Positions 25,801 through 37,800 of a DNA stretch of 64,000 bases are shown in pieces. The position numbers were made by a program, and so were the translations under genes. Within the stretch, counting starts at the first letter, position 1, and each line of letters opens with the position of its first letter. This DNA is from Amphiscolops sp. MND2022 (Eukaryota), in assembly GCA_964187785.1 (NCBI GenBank), contig OZ076409.1:61878001-61942000 (forward strand), written 5' to 3'. The notes below the pieces were generated by a model. That model did not search any database, was not told the origin of the DNA, and saw only the letters and a list, made by a program, of their open reading frames with translations.

Positions 25801-28800
25801 GGCTTTTATCAAATTGTGTTCTAATTCGAACAACTTTGTAATTCCGAAACGATTATGGATTGACAGAGGGAAAGAGTTTTTCGGGGACTTTCGATCCTTT
25901 TGTGAAGATGCTGGAATAAATGTGTATCACACTTTTAGCGAAACGAAAGCTAGTTTTGCTGAACGGGCTATAAGGTCGTTGAAAACAATAATTTACAAGC
26001 ATCTGGAGGAAAGTGGGAACTATAATTATTTCCGTAATCTACCGAACCTTGTTGACTGTTTGAATTCGAGGATCAACAGATCAACAGGACTCGCTCCAAA
26101 CAAGGTTACCAATTCTGACTATCTGAAAGTTTTGTATAGACAAGTGAACTTCAGTGACAAGACACCACCATTCCGGAAAGGGGATTTTGTTAGAATAGCT
26201 AAAGTTACTACTTCTTTTTCCAAAGGTTACAAACCTCAGTTCACAGATGAACTTTTTCGAATAATCAATCTTTCAACCAGACAACCTGTTCCTACGTACG
26301 AGCTGGAAGATTTGGAAGGCGAGAAAATTTTAGGTAAATTTTATCATCACGAACTTTCTAAACATATCTCGAGATAAATTTGACTACAAAAGGAGTTCAC
26401 CATTTGTCGATGGAATCTTTTACAATAGAGTTGTAAGCTCTTCCACTCTTCAGCTTCCGGAAATATATTTCGAACCAATTCTTCAGCATCTTTTTCTAAC
26501 CTATTACCAGAACAGCTACATTTGAGTGGCGAATGGGAAGTAGCTGTGACTGAAATAAGCTATCCATCGAAAATTTGTAACATTACTGAGGGAAGATTTG
26601 AAACGTCTATTGTCAGGAAAGGAGTGAAACATCTGGAATACTTCAATCTACAACCTGGATGCTATGACTCCATAGATTCTGTGGTTATTGCATTGATAAG
26701 TAAGGTCTCACAATCTTCACGATATGTGAACTATATAGACAAAGCTTTGCTTAACAATTTAATCACTTGTGAAATTGATCCTGTATCACAACAGCTGAAG
26801 TTAGCAACGATCAAAGATTTCCATTTGGGATTGATAAGCGATGACCTACAACACATTTTTGGTTTCATACCATCAAAATTCGATGTTTTAATTGATCAGG
26901 TTCCTCGAGTTTCCCCCTTAGCTTTCGACCTACAACGAATCCATTCCATTTTACTTTACACTGATTTTATAAATAGTAATATAGTTGGTGACTCCAAAGT
27001 ACCTAATCTTAAAACGTTTGCGATTGAAAAGACGGAAGAGTCAGGAATACGATCGAAAACTTTCATGCAGCTGGACTTCCGAAGAGTACTCAAACATTCA
27101 ATTCATTCTATTTCAGTTGAGTTGAGATCACCTACGGGTGAACTTATTCCGTTTCTATCTTGTGGATACACACGCCTGAATCTGTTATTCAAAAAAGTGA
27201 AAGACGGGAATAGAATCTAGTTTATTTTCATTTTCTCTTTAATTATCTTACAGGATGGATGGTTTTGACAAAATGAGTTATTTTCGTGGTGTACCGAGAC
27301 AACGTGGGAGAGGATTAGGAGCCTTTGCAGGAACAATTGCTAGGACAACTTTTCCTATTTTACGAAAGTATGTTTTACCTGTAGCGAAGAAGTTAGGAAG
27401 AGATGTCATAGAATCGACGATTCCTGAACTCGATCAAGTTATCAAGGGAAAAGCTTCTATCAAAAAAGCAGTGAAGCGTACTGCTAAAGCCACTGCAAAA
27501 AAACAGTTTGGAGGAGGAAGAGTGAAGAGAAAGTCGAAACAGAGAAGAAAAAGAGGATTGAAGAAAAAAATCATTAAACAGAAAGCTCAGAAACAACGCA
27601 GTCGGGACGATTTTTTTAAAAACGTTACCTAGAATAATGTCCATTCCCAAGACAATGACTCACTCTTCTTTGGATCTGTTCGAACGAGTACCAATTTTGG
27701 AACCAATCGAGTGGTCCAACCTTCAGAAAATATATCCCACAAATTCTCTCAATGAATCTTCACTCGAATTTAATTTTGCAACGGACCGAAACGTCATGAT
27801 TGACTTACAAGAAACTTTCCTATATTTGAAAATAAAAATTGGTAAAGGAACTGCAGACTTAGACGGAACTGACGATGTTATGTTTGTCAACAATACAATG
27901 CATTCGCTTTTCTCCAATTGTGAAGTTTTCTTCAACAACGAACAAGTTTACACATCTAACGGTCTTTACCCACACAAAGCTTTTGTTTCTAATGAGTTCT
28001 CTGGTACCAAGGGAACCAAGGAATCTATATCGTTTTGTCAAGGTTATGACTATGAAAAAGATCCGTCTGCTTTTGGAGAAGAACCTTTTGTCACTAGAAA
28101 AGGGAAAAAGAGTGATACTGTTGCTTTCTACGGGAAGTTATGTGTTGATATTTTCACTTGTGACAAGTTTTTACTCCCTAATGTTAATGTACGGTTACGA
28201 TTGGTTCGTTCGCGACCAATTTTCTATTTAATTTCACAGCAGAATAAAAATTTCATCGGTAAAATCTTGGAGGCGACACTTTTCGTTCGACAAGTTGCTG
28301 TCGAAGATCGAATTTATAAAGATCTCCACAACACTCTCCAGCTACGAGCAGCGCGGTATAATTTTTCTGAAATTTTAGCGAAATCTTTCATAATACCCAG
28401 CGGACAGAACCAGTATATTCATGAAAACATTTTTAATAATGCTCCAATTAGACGTTTAGCAATTGCAATGAATGTCAATACTGCTTTCACTGGAACTTTG
28501 AAGACTAACCCGTTTCATTATCAAAAGTTTGGTCTCAGTTCCTTACGATTGGTTCGAGGAAGCCAGGTTGTTGTCGATTTGGATACTACTCAAAATGTTC
28601 AGTCTTACATCACGTCAATGAGAGCTCTCAGATTCGATGAAGATGGTCCTGGTATTCCTCTTGAGGATTACGATAATCATTTTGTACAAGTATTCGACCT
28701 CACGTCTACCCAAGAAGCTAACGTTCAAATCTATTACCCTGATGTTGTCGCCGCTAGTCTTAGATTAGAATTGAAATTCACAACTCCTATCACTGCAGCA

Positions 28801-31800
28801 ACCGAGGTAGTTATCTTCGGGGAGAGAATTTCTACAATATTTATTGACAAGAACGGTTCAGTTGTTAAAAATGGATAACGATCATTTATCACGAATCATT
28901 TCCAGATTTGGTATTTTGAAGTACAAGTATCTTGGTTCCTTCCCAGCAGATATGATTCCTGAAATTATTCCTCATAATACTTTTTTCATCTGTAACACCG
29001 ACACCAGCAAGAGACCTGGAGTGCATTGGGTGATGGTTGCGAATTGTCGGGGAAAAATTTTTTTCGGAGACTCTCTTGGTAATTTACCAACCTACTACAA
29101 AACTATTCAACTCAATCCTAAGAAATCGATTAAAGTTTTGAATCGTTTAACTCTACAGAAGCGAGATCTCTGCGGACTTTATTGTATCTATTTTGCCTAT
29201 TGTTTGTTTTCTAACTTTTTAATGTATGATGTGAATGATATTTTTATTCTCAAATTCTTTGCAGAAGTTTTATAATGTGTGACGGTTTTGTAAACTTTCT
29301 TCATAAACTGCTATTTAAATTGTCTGTGAACCTTAATTTAACTATTTTCTAAAATTTTTTTTGCTATTCACCAACAGTTGAATTTCTAACGTACAGCACA
29401 TCAATCAATGAAATTAGTTACTCAATAGAACAGTAATAAATACAAATGAAAACTATAAAACAGTTCAAAAGCTATCCTCGCTAATTTCGGAATACCGACG
29501 TCTCCGGCTTGATCTGGGAGCTTGCGGCATCGGGATTTCCACTCTGTTTTGTGGCGTAACTGACCAGTCTTGTCCATGGAGGTCCGTAAATGGCTCGTTG
29601 TTGTGATGGTGGGGTGTTGAAAATAGTAGAGGAATTGTCAGAAAAGAGAATCGGGCTCTCGCTTCTCTCTTCTGCTTCCTCCACTCCCCAGAAGGAACGA
29701 ATCCACTCTCTTTCTTCCAGTTCGTGCTCGACATTCTCCCTGACTTTCTTTCTGTTCAAATGGAACACTGCGAAGTCTTCCCTAATTTTCAGTGGTAGAG
29801 TCCTCTCGTCTCGTACCTTTGTAACATTTAACGAATGTTCCGCAGCATCCCCCGACGTTTTGAACTCCCCTGCTACTTCGGCTCTGACTCCGTTGGGGAT
29901 TTCGTTGCTAGTGTTTAGGTTCCCCAGCCAACGATGTTGCATCCGAAAAAGAGCTTCCGGCAACACACAGCTTTCGACAATCTCTTCTGAGTTATCGTCA
30001 GGTTTAATTGTTAGGATTCGCACTTCCTGCGTGTCAACGTGGAAGTAGATAAATAGATCCCGAGTTTCAAATTCTGTGTTGAGCATTCGATAAACAGGCA
30101 TAATGGTGAAAACTCGGGAGTTAAATATTCGCGATTGAATTTCGAAGCTGATTTACAGACCAAAATTTAGATGATTTGTGAAGATTTGTGAAGAAGTTTG
30201 AGATTGAATTTCGGAGCAGTTGGAGATTATGAATAAATTACCTCCACCAATCACAGTTCGTTGTTGTGATTGTGCGCCATCTAGTTCTTGCAAACCAACA
30301 AACTCATGAAAGGTTCCAAATTTGAAAGTTTGAATGAATTAGGAATAAATTACCTCCACCAATCACAGTTTGTTGTTGTGATTGTACGCCATCTAGTTCA
30401 TGCGAAGTAACAATTCCACGGAAGGCGCCATATTTGAAAGATTGAATAAATTAGGAATAAATTACCTCCACCAATCACAGTTCGTTGTTGTGATTGTACG
30501 CCATCTAGTTCATGCGAAGCAACAATATCATGGAAGGCGCCATATTTGAAAGTTTGAATAAATTAGGAATAAATTACCTCCACCAATCACAGTTCGTTGT
30601 TGTGATTGTACGCCATCTAGTTCATGCAAACCAACAATTTCATGGAAGGTGCCAAATTTGAAAGTTTGAATAAATTAGGAATAAATTACCTCCACCAATC
30701 ACAGTTCGTTGTTGTGATTGTACGCCATCTAGTTCATGCAAAGCAACAAATTCATGGAAGGTACCAAATTTGAAAGTTTGAATAAATTAGGAATAAATTA
30801 CCTCCACCAATCACAGTTCGTTGTTGTGATTGTACACCATCTAGTTCATGCAAAGCAACGAATTCATGAAAGGTACCCAAATTCAAACTTATAAAAATTG
30901 AGGAAATACTTTGGCATGGAATAAATTGAGAATAGAATGGCTTGCGGTAGTCTGGATCTGTTTCCTGCTTTCTTCGAAAAATATATTAAAAATTCGTTTC
31001 TTCTCTTAGTCTCTGATTATCCTATTGACCTCACCGAATTCGAACAATACTCAGTATCAATTCACAATTCAAATTTCTGTAATTCTCCCAATTGTCAGTA
31101 CCATATTCTAGTTTACAGCACACATCTCAGTTCTTCAGATTTATCACTCCAGTGCAATTTCTCTTATCAGAGTGTAGACTGTCTTTTCACGGTCTTCAAG
31201 TTTTATTTCATGAAGATACTAGAATTGAAAGGATTCATTTTCCAAAAACTTTTGTCAGCAATCGACTTCCATAAATATCTCCCGTCTCCAGTCCTAACAA
31301 GTTTCAGTGTGTCCAAAAAAAGACTTCTTCGGAAGAAATTCAAAACTAAGTCTAGAAAATCAACATTGATTTCTCCCAGAGCTCCCGAAACTTGAACTAC
31401 TGCAATTCTTCTCTCCAAAATAAGTTTGATATTGTTATCTAGCAAACGAGAAGAATTACTTGAAACTATTGATCGGATATCCAAATCTTTATAGTTTCTC
31501 AAAATGTCTCATAGAGAACTAAAACAATGTCCCATTTGTTCCAAGTTTGTTGGAAGCAATAACTTTGCACGTCATAAAAAGATTCATCAGTTTCAATGTA
31601 GCAAATGCTCCTCATCGTTTGCCAAAGAGGAGAAACTTTCTCGACACTTTCTTGCTAAACACTCAACGTCTAGTTTCGTGTGCTCTATCTGTAATTTACC
31701 GTTTCTTACGTTCAACCGTTTGAGTTATCATAAACGTCAAGTACATGGAAGAGTGGGAAAAATACCAATCGATCAAATTGATTTATCTGAATTTGGTGAG

Positions 31801-34800
31801 GAGGATCCAAAATTATTGGAAGAACTTCGATCTGTGCAACATTTCCTGGTTGATTCAAAATTGAAGTTGAAGAAGAAAACGATTTACAATTTCCGATTAA
31901 CAGAGTTCAATCCTATCTTGATTAATGAGAAACTGCGAGAAGTATTCCTGAATCTGAACTGTGCAGTTAAGTTGAATCTATCTTTTGGATTTGTTCTCCA
32001 TGACAGAATTGAAAGTGGTGAATACAGATACTACTATGCAGCTGACAATAACCCTATTTTTCAAACACCTATTACTCTTGAGAATGAAAGTGATTTATTG
32101 ACATTACAGAGTCGAATAGAACAGGAAAATTTTCTCCATGATTGTGTCGTGCATCGTCCGAATACCAAATGGAAGTTTGCTCTCTTAACAAACTTGACAG
32201 TTTTTCTTTATCATTTAGAGAAGATTCCCCTTGGTTGTTCGGTAGTTAACCTTCCTCAAGCAATAATCAAAAACCCTAACATTCGAACGTTTCTGGTAGA
32301 TGGAAACAAAAAACCTTATGATGACAACCTGTGTTTCTTCAGAGCGGTTGCGTTCGAAGTATTTGGAAAAAGAGATCTCGTCACCTCTACGAATTCTTTA
32401 GTCTCGACTTTCTTATCTCGAATTGGTAAAGAAATTGTTCATTTCAAGGGGATACAGACAAATGAAATTCAAGTTGTTGAGAACATTATTGGAATGAATA
32501 TTTCTCTGTTCTCAATTTCTTTTGATGAGCAGGGTAATCTCGTCGGTACTTTATCTTATCGTTCCCTGATGTCGTATGAGAAGTCTTTTTCTTTACTTCA
32601 ATACGATAATCATGTTTGCTGGGTTAAAAACATTGATCAATTTTTGAAGAAGTACCGATGTGATCATTGCGATAAATTTTTCCCGAAAGTCTCTAACTAC
32701 CAAAGACATCTCACTGTTTGTACTGATCGAGTTTCTCATCGTTATCCTAAAGGACCTTATCAATTGAAGGAGACTATTTTCGAAAAATTGACAAACTTGG
32801 AAATTCCAGTTCAAGAGTTTCTGTACGAAAATTTGGTCGTATTCGACTTCGAATCTATTACTGTACCTGATTCTACACTCCCTAACTCTGAGATGACTCG
32901 TTATATTGGAAAACACGTTCCTATTAGTGTATCAATTTTCTCCAACTTGTTATCAGAACCTATATTCATATGCAATTCAGATCCTCGTCTCCTGGTAAGC
33001 AAATTCATCGAGGAATTGGTAATTCTTTCACGATCTAGTTCCCAACAACTCCGTCAATTATTTCAGAAAAACTTCGAAGCTTTAGATGAGAAACTACAAA
33101 TTAACGAGTGTAGTTCTGACGACAGTCCGGGAGAAGACAAGAACAGTAAAAAAGAGAAGAATCTTCTCCTTCAAGTCAAGACCGATTTAATTGTATATTG
33201 TGATAATCTTCCTGTATTCGGATTCAACAGTTCACGTTACGACCTCAATCTTATCAAAGAACCCCTTCTCGATATTCTTCTGAATGATTACCAGTGCACT
33301 CCGTCGGTCATCAAGGTTTGCAACAAGTACATTGGTATGAACTTTTTGGGATTACAATTCATGGATATTCTCAATTTTTTGGGAGGCGCAACTTCATTAG
33401 ATAAGTTCCTCAAAGCATACGGCGCTTCCGAGGAGAAAGGATTCTTTCCTTATGAATGGTTAGATACTGTCGAAAAACTCGAAGTGAATCAGCTACCAGA
33501 TATTAGTTCTTTCTATAGTGAGCTTAAGAAAGTGAATGTTCTTGAAGTCGACCAGAAACAGTACAATGAACTTCTTTCTCGTGGAATATGTTCCAAAGAT
33601 GCTCTCAAGAAACTTGGACTGTCATCGGTTCCCAAAGGAAAAGAAGAAAACTATGAAGAATTGCAGAAACTTTGGGAACGGGAAAAAATGCAGTGCTTCA
33701 AAGATTATCTGAAATGGTACAATAACAAGGACGTTGTTCCCACACTCGAAGCGTTACAGAAAATGTTGAACTTCTACCATTCCCAAAACATTGATATGTT
33801 GAAACTGGGTTTGACGCTACCTAATTTATCGAACAGAATTCTCCATTCAACGACTACTGCTAAGTTCTTTCCTTTCAATGAGACTGACAAAATCTACGAT
33901 GATTATATTCGGTCATGGTTAACAGGTGGACCATCCATCATCTTCACAAGATATGCTAAAGTTGGAGAAACACGAATCAGGAACAGTAATAACGTGTGTC
34001 GGTCAATTGTGGGAATTGATGCCAGTCAATTATATCCTTTTTCTATGACAAAAGATATGCCGACTGGTGTTTACACTAAATGGGAAATGAAAACTGAAAC
34101 TGGAAAGTTTCATCCTCGGCGAAACCAGAAAAACTTTCTGGAGTATGTTGTTCTGGAATTCTTACAAATTAAGTATCCAAACTGTAAACTTCGCACACAA
34201 TTCAACCACAAATCCCAGAAACGTATAGGAAAGTACCTTGTAGATGGATACTGTTCTCATTGTCGGACTGTTTTCGAAGTTCTGGGATGTTACTGGCACT
34301 TTTGCAATTGTCAAGACAAAAACCGGCTCTCTTTATCTGCCCTAGAAAATGGAGCAAAACGAAGAAAGTTTGATGAAGTTCGTCGTATTTATCTCACCGA
34401 AGCTGGTTATAATATTAAAGAGGTTTGGGAGTGTGAATGGTGGAAGCAAGTTCGTGAGAATGTTGATGGTGCTGGAGACTTCATGCGACAATGCTATCCT
34501 TATCAGAATCCATTAACCGAATCTGAGATGCTGGAGGATATCAAAACTGGGAGACGCTTTGGTGTAATCGACTGTTCAATTGAGGTTCCCTGTGACTTAC
34601 GAGCTAAGTTCGATGAGTTTCCTCCAATCTTCAAGAATTTTTACGTTGGATTGCAAGACATTGGTGCACATAGAGATTTTGCTGAGAAAAATCATATCCT
34701 GAAAAAACCTCGGAGGATGTTGATTTCAAGTTTTCATTTATCAAAAGGACCACTAATAACTCCACTTTTACAGTTTTATCTAGAAAAAGGACTCGTCGTA

Positions 34801-37800
34801 TCGAATGTTACGTGGTTCATAGAATACACTCCTCGAAAGTGTTTCAAATCTTTTGTTGACACTGTTGTTGAAGCCAGGCGAGAAGGAGACAAGAACAAAA
34901 ATTCTTCGGTGGTGGCAGAAACAATGAAACTTATCGCCAACTCATCGTATGGATATCAAATAATGGATCGTTCGCGACACACTACCACAAAATATGCCAA
35001 CGAAGAAAAGGTGAACAAACTCATTAATGAAAGCAAATTTAAAAGTCTCAATGTACTGTCCGCAAACATTTTTGAGGTTGAACTCATCAAGCCTGTAGTA
35101 GAACATAAAGAACCTATTATTGTTGGTTTCTTCATCCTTCAGTATGCTAAATTGACGATGTTACAATTGTATTATAATTTTTTCCAGTTATTTTGCGATC
35201 CTCAGAAGTTCGAACTTATTGAAATGGATACTGATAGTCTCTACATGGCTTTGGCTGGAGAAACTTTGGAAGATATAATCAAACCCGAAATGAAGTTGAT
35301 ATGGGATTTAAGTAGACAAGACGATTGTCGGGATGATTTTGCTGCGAACGGTCACTCAAACTTTTCCCCCAGGAACTGTTGTAACAAACATTGGGTTTTC
35401 GATCAACGCACACCGGGACTATTTAAAGAAGAGTTCAGATGTACTGAAATGGTAGCCCTCTGCTCGAAAACTTATTGTTGCTTCGATAGTTCCAGTAATA
35501 CAACTAAACTTAGTTGCAAAGGATTGAACAAGCATGCCCTAGTAAATGATGAACCTTTGCAGAAGTATCGTAAGGTGTTACAGAAAGAGTCCGTTGTTAC
35601 CACAAACAGAGGTTTCCGAGTTGTTAAAAACAGTGTTGCCACGTACGAATTGAAGAAGAATGGACTTTCATACTTTTATCCGAAAAGACAAGTGTTGTCC
35701 GACGGAATTCATACGAAAGCATTGGATATTTAATAATTTTGATTAGTTCGTATTTCCTTCATGAATCTTTTGCTGTTTGATTTAAATTTATGTTCCAATA
35801 AAGTTCTTGGTGTGAATTGTTTTTGTTCAGTGAAGATGAATTTTCAACAATGTTTCATAAAATTGATCTTTGTTCACTAAATAAAAACTCATTTTTCACA
35901 GTTTCAGTCCAATATTTCATTAATTATGAACATTTTCGTATACATTTTGACCGTTTTGCCATGAAAAACAACTTTTTTTCGTGTTTTTTGACAATTTGTC
36001 GATAGAAAACGACCGTTTTTTAAAATGAAATTAGATGTTTTCACCAAATAAAAATTCATTTTTCGCTTTTTAGATCAATTTTTCGTTAACTTCACCCACT
36101 TTTTCTTGAATTTTGCCCGTTTTTCTATTAAAAACAACATTTTTTCATGTTTTTCGATAATTTTTCAGTAGAAAACAGCCGTTTTCACCAAATAAAACCA
36201 TTTCCCCCGATTCTTGACTGTTTTTCATGAATTTTGAACGTTTTTTCGTGTTCTCCGATAATTTTTCAACAGAAAACAAACATTTTTTGAATGAAATTTG
36301 ATGTTTTCACCAAATAAAAGTTGATTTTTCTCTATTTTAGACCATTTTTTTGCTATTTTTAACCACTTTTCCATGAATTTTGTGCAGTTTTCCATTAAAA
36401 ACAACCTTTTTTCGTGTTTTTCGATAATTTTTAAATAGAAAACGACCATTTTTTGATTGAGATTTGATGATTTCACCATATAAAAACTCATTTTTCTCCA
36501 TTTTAAACCAATTTTTTGTTAATTTTATCCACTTTTTCATGTATTTTGACCGTTTTTTCATTAAAAAAAAACTTTTTTTCTTGTTCTCCAATAATTTTTC
36601 AATAGAAAACGACCGTTTTTCGAATAAAAATTAATATTTTCACTAAATAAAAGTTCATTTTTCTCCATTTTAGACCAATTTTTGTTGATTTCAACCTCTT
36701 TTTCATGAATTTTGACCGTTTTTTTATAGAAAACAAGCTTTTTTTTTCGAGTTTTTCGATAATTTTTCAATGGAAAACGACCATTTTTTGAATGACATTT
36801 GATGTTTTCACCAAATAAAAGGTCATTTTTCTCTATTTTAGACCAATTTTTTGATAATTTTAACCACTTTTCCATGAATTTTGAGCAATTTTCCATAAAA
36901 AACAACCTTTTTTTCGTGTTTTTCGATAATTTTTCAATAGAAAACGACCATTTTTTGAATGAGATTTGATGTTTTCACCAAATAAAAACTCATTTTTCTC
37001 TATTTTAGACCAATTTTTTGTTAATTTTAACCCCTTTTTCATGAATTTTGACCGTTTTTTCATAAAAAACAACCTTTTTTTCGAGTTTTTCGATATCTTT
37101 TCAATAGAAAATGACCATTTTTGAATGAAATTTGATGTTTTCACCAAATAAAAGTTGATTTTTCTCTATTTTAGACCATTTTTTGCTAATTTTAACCACT
37201 TTTCCATGAATTTTGAGCAATTTTTCATTAAAAACAACCTTTTTTTCGTGTTTTTCGATAATTTTTCAATAGAAAACGACCATTTTTTGAATGAGATTTG
37301 ATGATTTCACCAAATAAAAACTCATTTTTCTCCATTTTAAACCAATTTTTTGTTAATTTTATCCACTTTTTTCATGTATTTTGACCGTTTTTTCATAAAA
37401 AAACAACTTTTTTCTTGTTCTCCGATACTTTTTCAATAGAAAACGACCGTTTTTCGAATAAAAATTAATATTTTCACCAAATAAAAGTTCATTTTTCTCC
37501 ATTTTAGACCAATTTTTTGATAATTTTAACCACTTTTCCATGAATTTTGAGCAATTTTCCATAAAAAACAACCTTTTTTTCGTGTTTTTCGATAATTTTT
37601 CAATAGAAAACGACCATTTTTTGAATGAGATTTGATGTTTTCACCAAATAAAAACTCATTTTTCTCTATTTTAGACCAATTTTTTGTTAATTTTAACCCC
37701 TTTTTCATGAATTTTGACCGTTTTTTCATAAAAAACAACCTTTTTTTCGAGTTTTTCGATATCTTTTCAATAGAAAATGACCATTTTTGAATGAAATTTG

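Noticed and set aside
26433..26453. 21-nt GTAAG...TTCAG micro-intron rescuing the minor capsid
   Set aside because: Removing 21 nt keeps the same frame and hits another stop.
30232..30885. CRISPR-like array
   Set aside because: The variable halves are clearly homologous to each other, not unique spacers; no cas genes; eukaryotic context.
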